Source: Octopus sinensis (taxonomy: Eukaryota). Taken from it: a stretch of DNA of 64,000 bases. Every line of letters begins with the position of its first letter. Position 1 is the first letter of the stretch. The position numbers were made by a program, and so were the translations under genes. The notes under the pieces are model-generated. The model was not told the origin of the DNA, ran no database searches, and saw nothing but the letters and a program-made list of their open reading frames with translations. The DNA is taken from assembly GCF_006345805.1 (NCBI RefSeq), contig NC_042997.1, positions 139,066,001 to 139,130,000 of the forward strand. The letters are read 5' to 3'. Below, one piece after another: positions 1-13,104 of the stretch.

Positions 1-462
1 CTTACAAACATCTTCCACGCTGCAATTGTTACTGATCGAAAAAGTGTTATGTAAAGGATAATTCATTCTAATAACATACTTTTCGGTTAGAAAATGCTTT
101 TTTCTTACACACACACACACACACATATGGCTTCGCTTGATTCAAGTGGGGGTAAAAATTTAGATTACAAATTATTTTGTTTTTCTTCCACCAATGGTAC
201 ACGCGTGTGTTACTTCAGCATCATCATTCCATAAATGTGTTTCATGGGAGAAAAATAATGAAAAAAAACATCAATACATGTGCGAGTGAAAAGAGAGGGT
301 GGTTTGGGTTGTACTAGAAACAACAGCGAAACCGCCTTTGAATTGTTCACCTTTTCCTCTGAAAATATTTACAATTTGTTTTGCTTTTTTACCGAAAAGG
401 TTTCTCCTATGGTTTCTAAGTTAAAAATAAGAATAGCCACAATCGGTCTGGATACAGCGAGA

Positions 463-715
463 GTAAAGAATACGCACGCCCGGTGTTTAAGGTTAAGGTT
501 AGGGTTCGAGTTTAGGGTTAGGGGCGAAGGTAAAGAATACGCACACACGGTGTTTAGGGTTAGGGTTCAGGTTTAGAGTTAGAGATTTTGTTACGCCGAA
601 AACGGGTGGTGCACGTATTCTTTACCTTTGCCGGGTTAGGGTTTAGGGTTAGGTTTAGGGTTACGGCTAGGTTTACGCCGAAAATGGTTGGTGTGCGTAT
701 TCTTTACCTCCGCCC
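463..715. repeat. Modular element with telomere-like TTAGGG runs between direct and inverted copies of a GTAAAGAATACGCAC motif (MITE-like)
   Basis: Motif forward at 463-477 and 530-544, reverse at about 609-625 and 693-707. 523-546 and 691-714 form a 24-bp inverted repeat with 1 mismatch. Degenerate TTAGGG runs lie between the modules. Confidence 0.7.
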
Positions 716-1136
716 AGGATAGTTATTATTGTAAGGTTTATAGCGTTCCAAACAGCCATAACAACAAAATCACATTAAATTTTTTTACAAAAAATATAAG
801 GTTATTTTAAAAAAATTTCATCAGTAAATAATATTTTTTACATTACGTATACATTAATAGAACAAACTGTCGACTTTACAAATAACGAATTAAAACTTGA
901 AATAAAAACATTAAAAGAGAAAGTGGGAGACTTTGCAAATGAAAATGGAATACTCCACAGTGAATGCAATGAATATTTAAATTTGTGAGAAATTAGAGTT
1001 TAAAAATTCAATAAACTTGAGAAATCGAAATTATAGGAATTTCTTAGAACATGAATTTATAAAAGTATTTCCAGACGGTCAACTCTTTAATAATAGAGCT
1101 TTCTCCATTATAGTATAGAAGACACACACACACCCA

Positions 1137-1204
<68 letters not shown>

Positions 1205-1473
1205 AAGAGCATAAAGATTCAAGTTTTTAAAAGAATTTACTTGAATATGGTACCTAACTTAGATGCCCCAAAAAAAAAAACTATACTGTATTAACAATAC
1301 AGTAATGTGGGGATTATAAGCGAGAAGAAGCAACAAGATTCTTGTTGCTTCTTTCTCCTTATATATATATATATATATAATATATATACAAGATAAGAAA
1401 ATGGAGAAATACATCTAAATCAAATATACAACCCCTATCTCAATTTGTATATATATATATATATACGAATATA

Positions 1474-1619
1474 CGACGGGCTTTTTCAAGTTTCCTTCTA
1501 CCAAATCCACTCACAAGGCTTTAGTAGGAGACACTCGCCCAAGATGCCACGCAGTAAGACTGAACCTAGAACTATGTGTTTGGGAAGCAAACGTCCTACT
1601 ACACAGTCTGTCTGCGCCT
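1474..1619 (-). mobile_element. SINE family B, 5' half
   Basis: Reverse complement matches the head and core of the full copy at 55077-55482 (CCAAATCCACTCACAAGGCTTT ... GCCCAAG). Confidence 0.8.
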
Positions 1620-2175
1620 ATTATATATACACTCTATAATAATCAAGGATAAAATCTATATAGGATTTGATCAAGTAGCCAGCATGTAAAAACCAATCCA
1701 GGTAAAAATTAATACAAAGTATTTAATTTTATAAATATAATTATAAAATTATAAGGGCACCTACCATGTCATGCCACATGTGTCTGTGTGCGTCTGTAAA
1801 TAGGGAGAGAAATGCACTTGACACGCAAGTGACGAAGATGCACGTAAAATACTTATTACATATCAATATCTGTTTGTCAGTGTGTACGCGTGTATAAACA
1901 AGAAAATTCCGTTATAGGAAATATAGCAGTAGTCCCTTCAACAGTTTGTGCCGATAATATCGGATAAATAATTACTAAAATATGACATAACGATAATTGA
2001 ATTATGGAATACGTCAATGGTCGCTTCCAATTTCAATCTTACAATATATTATTATAATGATTGCTATGCATGGAAATGATAATATAAATAAGATGAATTA
2101 CGTACAATCGGATACGCAGTAATTGATAAAGGAAGAAATGTTTAATATATAATCCTTTCTACGATAAGAACAAGA

Positions 2176-2310
2176 CATACATACATACATACATACATAC
2201 ATACATACATACATACATACATACATACATGCATACATGCATACATACATACGTACGTACGTACGTACAAACCTACATACATACATAGATATAATATACA
2301 TATATACACA
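2176..2310. repeat. (CATA)n microsatellite
   Basis: Direct reading. Confidence 0.95.
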
Positions 2311-2316
2311 CATACA

Positions 2317-3220
2317 TATCTACTACATATGTGGGAAATTCTATCTGTGGGTGTGTTTGTGGAGTTGTTAGCTAACTCCTCCTACATCGTTTTATCGATT
2401 TTGGTGAAACTTGACACGTGAGTAAAACTCATGTCTGGAAATCTCATGGCATACTCAGATTGTTGAAAAAAATCGATAATAGGGCCCCTGAAAGGGATCC
2501 TTATATATATATAATGGGTTATATATATAATGGGTTATATATATAATGGGTTATATATATATAATGGGTTATTTCTCCTGGCTATAGCCAGAGAAATAAC
2601 CCATTCATTTTCCTAAATTATTTGGTAAAAAAGAAATTGAGTATGATTATTTCTTGGTATTTGAAGATAAACTTTCGTAAAACTTAAACAAGTAAATAGC
2701 ATTTTTCTTAACAATAGATCCACTTATTTCGGTTAGTGACTTATTCACAAATATACCAACACTAGCGCCCCTGAGGGTAATATTCTCTTGGAACGCACAA
2801 AAGCCCTTTTCAGAGATAATTACTTTGAATTGTTATTATCTCATATCTGATTAGCCTGTTATTACGTAACATGCTTCACGATTTTGGTATACATACCTTA
2901 TTAGTATTTCCTCCTATGTTCTATATACTCTGGGAACGCATTAAAGCCCTTTTCGGGTCTACGTTATTTGAATTCTTACTATCGGGTAATTAATTTCATG
3001 TTATTACATAACTGACTTCACAATTTGGATATTCATAACTTATTGGGGATTCCTAAAAACAAGATTCTGTGTAAGACAGTCCGGTATTTTCTGTAAATGC
3101 ACAAAAAGCATTTTAGGGATACATATTTTGTATTGTTGTTATTGGATTAGCAAAACAATTATGAGAACAGAACCAAGATAACCCCCGCTTTCCCAGGAAA
3201 TACCGGGTACGTCAGCTAGT
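2317..3220 (+). mobile_element. Helentron/DINE-1-like non-autonomous element (HINE-type)
   Basis: 3' end CCCAGGAAATACCGGG...GCTAGT abuts (TA)n. Shares GAT..TG.TGAAACTTGACAC and AATCGATAA with the copy at 36479-36904. Has internal 14-16 bp tandem repeats (about 2500-2570) and a duplicated subrepeat (about 2785-2830 vs 2927-2985). Confidence 0.6.
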
Positions 3221-3221
3221 A

Positions 3222-3275
3222 TATACATATATATATATTATATATTATATATATATAATATATTATATATATATA

Positions 3276-3310
<35 letters not shown>

Positions 3311-3330
3311 AATATAAATATATATATACA

Positions 3331-3383
<53 letters not shown>

Positions 3384-3392
3384 GTATATATA

Positions 3393-3464
<72 letters not shown>

Positions 3465-3478
3465 TATATATATATAAA
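3222..3478. repeat. (TA)n microsatellite
   Basis: Direct reading. Confidence 0.95.
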
Positions 3479-3661
3479 TAAGCACTGAACCGCAAAAGAA
3501 ACGCGAGACGTGTGTGACTGAGAAATATGTTTTAATTTCATTATGTCAGAGATAGATTTTGATAAATTTGATAATGACAATTTCTTGGATGCACTTTGCC
3601 ACAGTCTATGGATCGTTGGTATTGGCAGATCCACCACATCGAGATTTAGGGCGTGACATGT

Positions 3662-4400
3662 TCAATACCGTGTATACTCTCCCTGGGTGTTCAAAACGGT
3701 CGTACACCGTCGGTACAATGAGTCCATGAAACAGTTCCCAAAAGCCATTGGCGCCTGTGCCCACAACCTGAGGAAAGCTGCCTCCAGTTCCACATGAGTT
3801 GTCGGCCTGGGGACCATCTGGTTCAGCCGTTTCTGGATTTCATCCCACAGGTGTTCAATTGGGTTCAAATCCGGGCAGAGAGCTGGTCACGGCACGGTTC
3901 TGATGTTCTGATGTAGGAAGTCCATGGTGACTCTGGCCTCGTAGGAGGCAGCATTGTCCTGCTGGAACACGGGCAATAGTGACGCGCGAAGAAGAAATTA
4001 TGTGAGGTCTTAGGATCAGGTCAGCACAGCGCTGCGCTGTGATGCTATCCCCACTGGCTGCACCAACATTTTGGAACACATGAGGCCCAATTCTCTTATT
4101 CATGACTATAGGAAAACAATGATGCTTTGTCCACCCTACGCGTCTCTTTCCCTGACACATGCCTCTCTGTAGCGTTTACCCCTCCTACTCTACATCCTCA
4201 CTCTGCCGTCCGAGGTGGAAACGCAGTACCGGTTCTCATCAGAAAAGACTATCGACCTCCATTGTTGATGTCGCCAATGTCGGTGCTGTGTAGCCTACAG
4301 TAGTCGTGCCTGACGGTGGCGGCTGGTGAAGACAGGCGCTCGAGAAGAACGACAGCAACGAAGGTTGTTGGCGGCCAGAACCTTCCCTTCATCAGTGATA
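3662..4400 (-). pseudogene. Decayed Tc1-type DDE transposase
   Basis: Minus-strand motifs WRSIVFSDENRY (~4225-4262), VFQQDNAA (~3947-3970) and PDLNPIEHLWDE...TRY. Broken by stops and frameshifts. Confidence 0.9.
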
Positions 4401-4672
4401 AATGCGGCAAAAAAATAAGTGAAATACTTACTTATACCCATGGAAGAAGTGAACACTAAGTGATGAAGCGAAGGTTCTTATGAACTAATTCTGAAATCGG
4501 GTCCGATATGGTAATAACGGGATTTTTTAGAAATTTCTGTCGGCTTTCTTCGAAACGCGTGCTTGTAGTGATAAATTACATGGTTATTGACGTTGTGTCT
4601 ATTTTCGGCATATTTCGGCATTAGAAGTTTTTTCTTTTGCCCTTACTTATAAATTATATATATATATATATA

Positions 4673-4886
4673 CGAGGGGTGTTGAAAAGTTCCTGGCCTT
4701 AAGAGTATCGAAAAAGGCTTGGTTAGAGGCCCAAGCTACCGAGTTCTTTTACAAGGCTTAGAAAAAATGAAGGACTGCTGCAATAAGTGTGTGAATGTGA
4801 GCAGAAATCGTTGAAGAAAATCATAATTAACTAACCCTCTTGTATTTTCTCTTAACCAAAGCCAGGAACTTTTTAGCATCCCCTTG
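4673..4886 (+). mobile_element. Mariner-derived MITE
   Basis: Imperfect ~26-bp TIRs (CGAGGGGTGTTGAAAAGTTCCTGGC vs revcomp CAAGGGGATGCTAAAAAGTTCCTGGC) with TA on both flanks (4671-72, 4887-88). Internal GLEKMKDCCNKCV resembles the extreme C-terminus of mariner transposase. Confidence 0.8.
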
Positions 4887-4888
4887 TA

Positions 4889-6765
4889 TGTCAGGTTGGC
4901 AATGGTGTAGAGCAATCAGGGATTAGAAATTGATTATGGTGTCGTTTCCTTTGATCCTTATATGTTTGAATCAAGCACAGCGTTGAACCGAGTTTCATTG
5001 TAATTATAACACGCATCAATTTTGTTTTGTTAATCCCTGACCAAGTCCGATCGTCCACTTTATAAATTATTTGAACCTTTTGTCTCTTTGCACTCCATTT
5101 GATCATGATTTGGCGACACTGATTTTCCATCCTTCCATCCAATGCTGGAAATAATGCAGAACGAAATGAGAATAAAAGTTGATGGCTTTTCTGCAAATGA
5201 ATGGTTTTTCATGATATGCTTTCCGATATTTCTTGTCTGAACATTTAAACAAAACGCTCTGCTTCACCGTTTGAAGCTGAATGAAAAACAAGTGACGTTA
5301 AATCGTGAATGCCAATGTGATTACCAAATTGTTTAAATCTAAATGACGTAAGTGAGTTCCGTTGTTAGATATAATTCTTTCGGATTGTCTTCGTTGGTGA
5401 TAATTTTATAGGTTATTATTAAGAATGGTTTGTTAGTAGTTGTTAATGATGTCAATGAAAAATATGGAAATTTCGAGAACGAATAATTGATAATAATCAC
5501 ATTTTATTGTAAATTGGTCCGGTGGAATATTCCTTATGTTCTGGTTGTTTTGTCTTGTTTTCCAAGTGTATTAGCAACTGATTGATAATTCGGCATGATT
5601 TGTCTTCACAGCCGACTGCCATGAGTGTATCTATATCAAATTGTATTGTCGTCTTGTAGCAATATCTACGAACCATTTGTTACATTCTGATCAAATCGCA
5701 ATGAACTTCATGCAGTTGAAGCAGAAATTTATTTTGTGATATCTTCGGAATAATTCCTCTTGGTAAATTGAACTGCAAGACTAATAAATTATTGTGTTAA
5801 TTACATCACGTTTTTTTTTACTAATACTCTTTTCAATATTTCTTTCCAGTCAACTATTTTCGATGAATTGTTTAATACAAATAATATCGATAGCAGACTT
5901 TATGGCTCACCCAATTCCTTTAATAGCAATCGGCATTTTATCGAAACTTTCATCAAAAATTTGGAATCCAGAGTATGATTCTTATGATTTTCATCAAAAT
6001 CATAATCGTATCCGTCTGGCAGTCTTGATAATGCATCAGCATTTTGAGTTGCGTCGAAGCGTTATACCACACTCCATAACGCCCATGACATGACCAAACG
6101 CTAAAATCACTATGACGAAAGCACCGGTATATTTTTAGCCGGTTGGAATATGTGAATTATTATCTTGCAATCGGTGATAAATTGTAATATCTTTATACAA
6201 ATTGATTAAAATTACCGAAAGTAATGGACAACCCCTCTTTTATCTGTTTTTCTATATCCCTGTTGACATGCATTCAGTATTTCACAAGAATAAGTCAGTC
6301 TTTTGACATCAGAATCATATATGATTAGGAACAGTACGTTGTCATTGCTACAAGACACATTGGACAAATACGACGACGTTAGTTGTTCATGTCACAATTG
6401 GACTCGTGTTCCACTTCTGACACCATTTGTTGTAGCAACATAGGAATCTAAAAGTTTCAGCTTTAGAACTTATATTGTTACAAGAAATAAAATTATTATG
6501 TTGGGCTTTTCAAACAGAATAATCCTTCCGGAAATATTACAGTCAACATAGAAACATCTTATAGCATTGCTGCATACATATGGGTATGTATAGAAAAGAG
6601 GTTTATTTCGCAACGTACCACTTATATAGAGAGTGTATATACAGCAACAACACCACCAGCAGTAGAAGCTGCTAGAACATGTCGAACAAAAAAAGCTTGG
6701 AAACATACCAGCAAGAAGAGGGGTAAAGTTCATGTTGTTACTAATGTAGCTCAGAATATATCACA
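4889..6765 (-). mobile_element. Decayed, internally deleted Ty3/Gypsy LTR retrotransposon (5' LTR remnant, PBS, RNase H end, integrase)
   Basis: Minus-strand motifs: QIKEGLSITFG (~6215-6250), TIITDCK..IFQPAKNIPVL, NADALSRLP (6017-6043), HHCC-like RGIIPK..FLLQLHEVH..IRM (~5695-5760), IISNNGT (~5355-5375), FHSASNGEAERFV (~5248-5286). LTR ends ...CTACAACA at 6428. The LTR start near 6765 is tentative. Confidence 0.85.
6411..6425 (-). promoter_or_regulatory. Primer binding site complementary to the tRNA-Leu 3' end
   Basis: Minus strand TGGTGTCAGAAGTGG, 2 nt after an ...ACA LTR end. It complements the ...CCACTTCTGACACCA 3' end of eukaryotic tRNA-Leu(CAA). Confidence 0.8.
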
Positions 6766-7739
6766 CTTCTAAAACTGTATGAAGTTTGTTAGGGTCATAG
6801 TTTGTAAAGGATTGCGGTTCACTTTTAATTTATTAGTCTTTTTCTATCAACTACCAAATCTAAGGCTAGAGGACAGTGTCTGTTTAGAATAGATAGACAG
6901 AGTGAATTGATTGTTTCTATTTGGGAATGGTCATAAATATTGTCTGGATTTTAGGAAATGTATAAGTAATTGTCTATAAAAGAGGCTGGGTAGGGGAAGA
7001 CTCTAAATCAAGATGTTAATTACCAGTTAAAGGGGCAAGATGCTAATGAACCTATGATGTTAATACAGAAGAAATTATCATGGGGTACAATGGATGATTG
7101 TATATTAACAATATTATTATGTTGTATGAAGATAAAATTTAAGATTACTAAAAATGATATTATAACCAGAATAGATAAATTGTGTATATACACCAATTTT
7201 CAACATTAGAAAGGGAAGATTACATAGAATTAGTTTAATATTAATTCCTGTACTTAATTATTTACTTATAAGGTGGTTTCTATAAATAATGCTCTGGGTA
7301 TATCTTTATGGAATACTGGGGTGATAAATCATGCTATCTTTGTATTAATTATAAGCTAAGAATCAGAAAAAAAAATCGGAAAAATGAGTTGTGTACAGAT
7401 ACATACACATATTTAACTATATGCACACATGCAAATATACACAAATATTTATACTTTATTATGGATATGTTATAATCAACTCTTCTAGACTTAAGTAATT
7501 AGAAAGTTTATATTTCTCTTTGAGAACATTAATAACTTATAAGAGACAATAGGTTAATAGGTAAAGATATCAAAATAAGAAAACACAATAATAAGAAATT
7601 ATAAAGAATAGTAAAAATATATATATAACTAATATATAATACTAGGGAGTATGTTCACATCATATACGGCACTAAAATTAATTTCCCTTATCCAGGTTGA
7701 AATGCAGAACCTATAAACGCTAATTTCAAAAATACTTAA

Positions 7740-8200
7740 ATGTATGGTGACCTTATGTATTCATGATACCCTTAGGTCTAATCTTATCCCTATACCTAAA
7801 AATTTCCTAAGTTTCCATAGAGCACAGCTCACACTCATATTGACTATCTCTATAAGGCTGCGCTTTCCTTATAATATACCATTTACGGCTAAATCCGATT
7901 CCGCTTTCCTTCAGTTCCCGAATCTTGCTAGATAAGGACGTACAATTGGCCTTAAGTTTAGTCCAGGAAATTAGATGGTAAAATGTTTTTATTTTTTCAT
8001 TTCATTCCTGCCGAATTTTATCCTTAATTTTGTGGTTATAAAACCTAGCTGTTCTTCCTAGCGTGTTGAATCCCATGAATGGATTCCTTATGTGTTTAAA
8101 TGTACACTGTATTTTATGAATAATACATAGTCTTTGGACTAAATTTTTACACGCTAGGTCACTGGACATGAAAATTTCTATTAATTTCCATTTCCCTTTG
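7740..8200 (-). pseudogene. Penelope-like element, GIY-YIG endonuclease relic
   Basis: Minus strand reads TARFYNHK and TSLSSKIRELKESGIGFSRKWYIIRKAQPY..CELCSME, resembling the PLE endonuclease C-terminus. Confidence 0.65.
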
Positions 8201-9228
8201 ATATGATTAAATATATATATATGCATGTGTGTGAGTGTGTCTTTGTACATGCGTTGTGTTTATCCCTCCCCTCTCGCCCGTCCTTCACAACTGGGATGGG
8301 TTTGGTTTGTACTCCGACATGGCCGCAGTCCAATGACTGAAATAAGCTAAAACGTAAATTCTAAAATATAAAGGAACAAAACTAAAGTTTTCTCATGAAG
8401 ATTCATTTGTTTCTGGGACAATATGATGTTGTTGTAGTGGCTGTCACAGTTTATTTATTTATCTCTTTATTTTTCTATTTTCTATTTGATTATTTAAGTA
8501 CTTAAGAGAAGCGTGGGATTTTACAACTACCAATATTTCTGTTTGCAGAATTTCTATTCCATTTATTTATTTATTTATTTATTTATTTATTCATTCATTC
8601 ATTTATTATTTGTTTGTTTATTTTCTGCTAAGTGGTTTGAAATTATCATTCCAATCAATTCACCACAGCTTAGTTTCAATTGTCCCCCCACCGACTCCTA
8701 TCAACTTTATGGAGGTCAATTTCTAGGAACAGATATACATGCTTCTATGTAATTTTGTAATGTCTAATTTTCTTTGTTATATTTATTTTAATTTAATTTG
8801 TTTTAAAAACAGGTTGAGAGAAAGAGATTAGGGGATGGTGAGAGAGAGAGAGAGAGAGAAAGAGAGTGGGGGAGACTGAATATTCTATAATCCCATTATT
8901 TCTTTCCCTTACTTATGATCTAAAAAGAAAGTCTCATTTCGATATTGTGTGCCATGTCAGTGTCATTATATCCTTTATTTGTTTCAGTTATTGGATTGTT
9001 ACCAATGCTGTGGGACGCCGACTGGGCGGGTTTAGTCGAAAAAGGCGACCTCATGTGGAAGATGAGTCCTAATATGTATGCATATACATCGCAGAAAATA
9101 ATGGGTGTGCATGTTTCCATGTCTGTGAGTACCTATGTGTGAATATGTCTGATTTATGCGTTTAAATGTATTTATGTATATATCTCTTTCGTTCTCTTTA
9201 TATCAACATATAATGAATGTGTGCGTGT

Positions 9229-9270
<42 letters not shown>

Positions 9271-9351
9271 CGATGAATACGCAAATACAAGGAAAACACA
9301 AGAAGTTTAACAAAAGTGTTGTTAGTATAACACTTGAAAGGAAAGGGGAAA

Positions 9352-9392
9352 ATGAGTGTAATGTTTAGGGTGCTAGTCCTTCATCAGAAAAA
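9352..9392 (-). ncRNA. Degenerate minimal hammerhead-like motif, probably inactive
   Basis: Minus strand CTGATGA-AGG-ACTAGCAC-CCT-AAACATT. The CUGAUGA box and a stem II are present, but the conserved G of GAAA is missing. Confidence 0.4.
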
Positions 9393-9793
9393 CGAAAAAG
9401 GTAGATGGGCGGTAGTAAGAAACGAAAATATAAGAAATTGAAGGGCGAGATAAGAATGTGATTTTCTGGGAACGAGAGAATGAGGTAGGATGATATATAG
9501 TAAATACGTATACACACACTCACTGAAATCAATTGATGCCAAGATTACTGTTGTTTACTTTGTAGTTTTTGCAAAGGTAAGGCCTATTTTTCTTATATTC
9601 GCTGCATTAACCGTGCATGTTTACTTATAGTGAGAAATTTGTGGCTTTGGGGTGTTAACTCCTATTTCTAGCAAGCTGCTTCGGTATTCTTAGGTATAGT
9701 ATACATATACATATATACTATATATTTATGTATGAATATTTATGTATATATATATATATATATATACTATATATAATATATATATATATATAT

Positions 9794-9842
<49 letters not shown>

Positions 9843-9904
9843 TATATTATATACAGTAAATTTATATGCACATGCATATATTTGTATATACAGGCATATA
9901 TGGG

Positions 9905-10290
9905 CACAGGACACCACGGAACGTAAACAACATAAAATAAACATAAATTACAAATACAACATGAAATACGGAATACGACAACATGGAATACGAGCTTTTT
10001 TTGCGAGCAACGACAGAAACAAACGGAAAACAAGACAAGCAATACGAGAAACCGACCCTTCATCATTTGTTGGCTGTTTTTCTACATTGTATTTCGAGCA
10101 TTCCACAAGATACATCTTCGACACAACAGCTGTTCCTGCAAAGCAAATTAAATAAAATTTGGGATTTTGCCGAGGGTCAAAGTTGGTAACAAAAAAAAGA
10201 CAGTGAAAACAGGCAGGAAGGGCTGCTAAGCCTAGACGAGTTGAGTTGGTGAACGCGGAGAAACAAGCTCTGACAGGGGACAGACAAGAA
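9905..10290. repeat. Dispersed non-coding repeat, probably a Penelope-type terminal region; related pieces at ~10630-10710 and ~42345-42730
   Basis: Shared blocks CACGGAACGTAAACAACATAAA, CCCTTCATCA and AATTAAATAAAATT. Copies lie next to TA-rich microsatellites. Confidence 0.5.
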
Positions 10291-11384
10291 TGCGTCCAAT
10301 CCCTATGACTGATCAGAGAGAAATAAGGAAAATCAAGTTAGAAGAAAGATGGCCAACGGTCACGTGCGAGCCATGAGAGAACAAAAGGGGAAAAGACAGG
10401 GACAGACAGAGAACAGCGAAGGAAAGGGAAAAAGAAGGATGAGATAGGAAAACGAAAGGGAGAGAAGAGGAAATAAATAGAATAGATAAAGGAAGAGAAA
10501 CGAAACGAAAGAAGGGACAGAAAGTGTGTCGCATCGATATTATTACGATAAAACTTACTTGGAAATGGATGCGTGATGTTCAATCAGATAATAATATAAA
10601 TAATATATAAATATATATGTACATACATATATTTGTATATACAGAACAACACGGAACGTAAACAACATAAACATAAATTACGAAAACAACATGAAAAAGA
10701 CCGATAGGATGACTACTAAGCTTACAAAAGTAGTGGGGGTCGATTTGTCTGACTAAACCCTTCAAAGCGGTATATCCCAGCATGGTCGTAGTCCAATGTC
10801 TGAAACAAATACAGACTATTAAATTTGCCTTTATATTCTCGTGTTTCACCTTACCAAATATTATTTCATTCATCTCTCTGTCTCTCCGTCACTTTACCTC
10901 ACTTCGTTTTATATATTAGTCAACTACTCTACAAACAAACTGTTTTCTCACTTCACTTTTTCATCTTTTACCCTTTTTTTATCTTCCCTTTTCTTTTTCT
11001 TTCTTTTTTGCCTAATATTTCTTCCCCTCAGTCTTCTTTGCATTCATTCATTTCATTCGTTTCCTTCCGCTTCTTCCATCATTTAAACATTCACAAGCCA
11101 ACACTGCATCAGCAATTCCAATCAAACATTCAAATCGTTGTAATTACTTTAAAATATTTTGTAACTTTCCAACTTAATGTCATCGGCGCATGTTCTGTAT
11201 TGAGTCGGTACACGTTCATGAGACGGTTTTGCAAATTTCAGAGTTATTCTAAGAAATTTTGTATCAAACTACAATTCATATTTGTTATGGTGATTGTACG
11301 CATTAACTGCACATAAATATATATATATATTTCGTTTTTGGATTTGGTTTGTAAGATTCTTTATATGGGTTCGTATGTTGAAGC

Positions 11385-11565
11385 ATATTCTGTTGTGTCT
11401 GGGGAGAGTCATTGTCTTTTAGTGTCTTATTATTTAACATACTCACTGGTAAATTTCCACTTATTTTAGAAAATAAAAATAAGAAGTAAGTGGAAATTTA
11501 CCGGTGAGTGTGTTAAATAATAAGGCACTAAAAGACAATGACTCTCCCCAAACACAACAGAATAT
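11385..11565. repeat. Long inverted repeat (79-bp arms, 23-bp spacer)
   Basis: 11385-11463 is the near-perfect reverse complement of 11487-11565. Confidence 0.95.
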
Positions 11566-11577
11566 ATATATATATGA

Positions 11578-11614
<37 letters not shown>

Positions 11615-12227
11615 TGTATGCATATACATGTATATATGTATGTATATACATATATATATATATATAAATTTATATATATACATATACATATATAGGCATA
11701 CACATAGATACACATACGCACACGCACACATACACAAGTGTATAAACATATATATGTACATGCATTCACATATATTTAAACTTCTATATGTGCGTGTATG
11801 TATGCATGTATACATGTGCCTATGTATGTACGTATGTATGCATGTATCTATGGTTTCACACGGTCGGTTGACCATCTGGCTGTGCTGTTAACGGATGGAG
11901 GGTTTTGAGATCGAGTAGTTGAACCATAAAATTCATGCGGATTATAGACAACCTTAACAGACCGTAATCTCTGCATCAGAAGCTGCAACAACGGCAGTAG
12001 CAGTAGCAGCAGCAGTAGCAGCAACACGAACATCAACAGCCGCAACAACAACAACAACAACAACGGTAAGGCAAAGTTAAGAACAACGCTAACACAAAAC
12101 TGCCAACAGTGACATCAATAGAATATGAAATAATATTAAGTTCTTTTAAAACTCAACGTTAAGATAAAAGTTGGACTTAGTTTTCAAATGGAAGTAGCTC
12201 GCATAAATCTTATTATAATGTCTATGT

Positions 12228-12387
12228 GGAAGAAGAAGAAGAAGAAGAAGAAGAAGAAGAAGAAGAGAAGAAGAAGAAGAAGAAGAAGAAAAAGAAGATG
12301 ATGATGATGATGAGGATGATGATGATGATGATGATGAGGATGATGATGATGATGATGATGAGGATGATGATGAAGAAGAAGAAGAAG

Positions 12388-12419
<32 letters not shown>

Positions 12420-12522
12420 GGAAGGGGAGAAGAAGAAGAAAAAGAAGAAGAAAAAGAAGATGATGATGATGATGATGATGATAATGAAGAAGATAATGAT
12501 GATGATGATGAAGAAGAAGAAG

Positions 12523-12554
<32 letters not shown>

Positions 12555-12880
12555 GGAAGAGGAGAAGAAGAAGAAGATAATGATGATGATGATGAAGAAG
12601 AAGAAGAAGAAGAAGAAAAATAGGAAGAGGAGAAGAAGAAGAAGATAATGATGATGATGAAGAAGAAGAAGAAGAAGAAGAAGAAGAAGAAGAAAAAGAA
12701 GAAGTAGGAAGAGGAGAAGAAGAAGTAGGAAGAGGAGAAGAAGAAGAAAAAGAAGAGAAGAAGAAGAAGAAGAAGATGATGATGATGATGATGATGATGA
12801 TGAAGAAGAAGAAGTAGAAGAAGAAGAACACCACCACCACCACAACAACAACGACAACGACGACGACGACGATGACAAAG
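12228..12880. repeat. Compound (GAA)n/(GAT)n polypurine microsatellite block
   Basis: Direct reading. Explains the 251-aa and 230-aa low-complexity ORFs. Confidence 0.95.
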
Positions 12881-13104
12881 ACGATAACAAATGCGAAAAG
12901 ACTATTACCGACAAACCGGAAGTAACATTTTTGGGACAAGATTAGGAGCGAAAGGATATAAAGTGTAAAAAAAAATGGATTAGAAAATTTTAAAACTATC
13001 TTATTTAAAGAAACCTACTTTTATCCTCCATTTCTTTCTGCGTTAATCTTCATCTTTTTATTATTCTTTGTCTCATTCCGATTGTTGTTGTTGTTGTTGT
13101 TGTT

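Noticed and set aside
463-715. True telomere or chromosome fusion site
   Set aside because: The repeats are short, degenerate, single-orientation and interleaved with a non-telomeric motif.
4458-4570. GTGATGAAG ... TTCGAAACGCGTG as a hammerhead
   Set aside because: C3 is missing, the triplet would be non-cleavable GUG, and stem II is unconvincing.
7060-7400. Possible plus-strand RT relic (TMDDCIL)
   Set aside because: Single motif in AT-rich sequence with many stops; not enough to call.
11848-12070. Possible exon ending at G/GTAAG (12065)
   Set aside because: Mostly trinucleotide repeat, no acceptor found, and stops in upstream frames.
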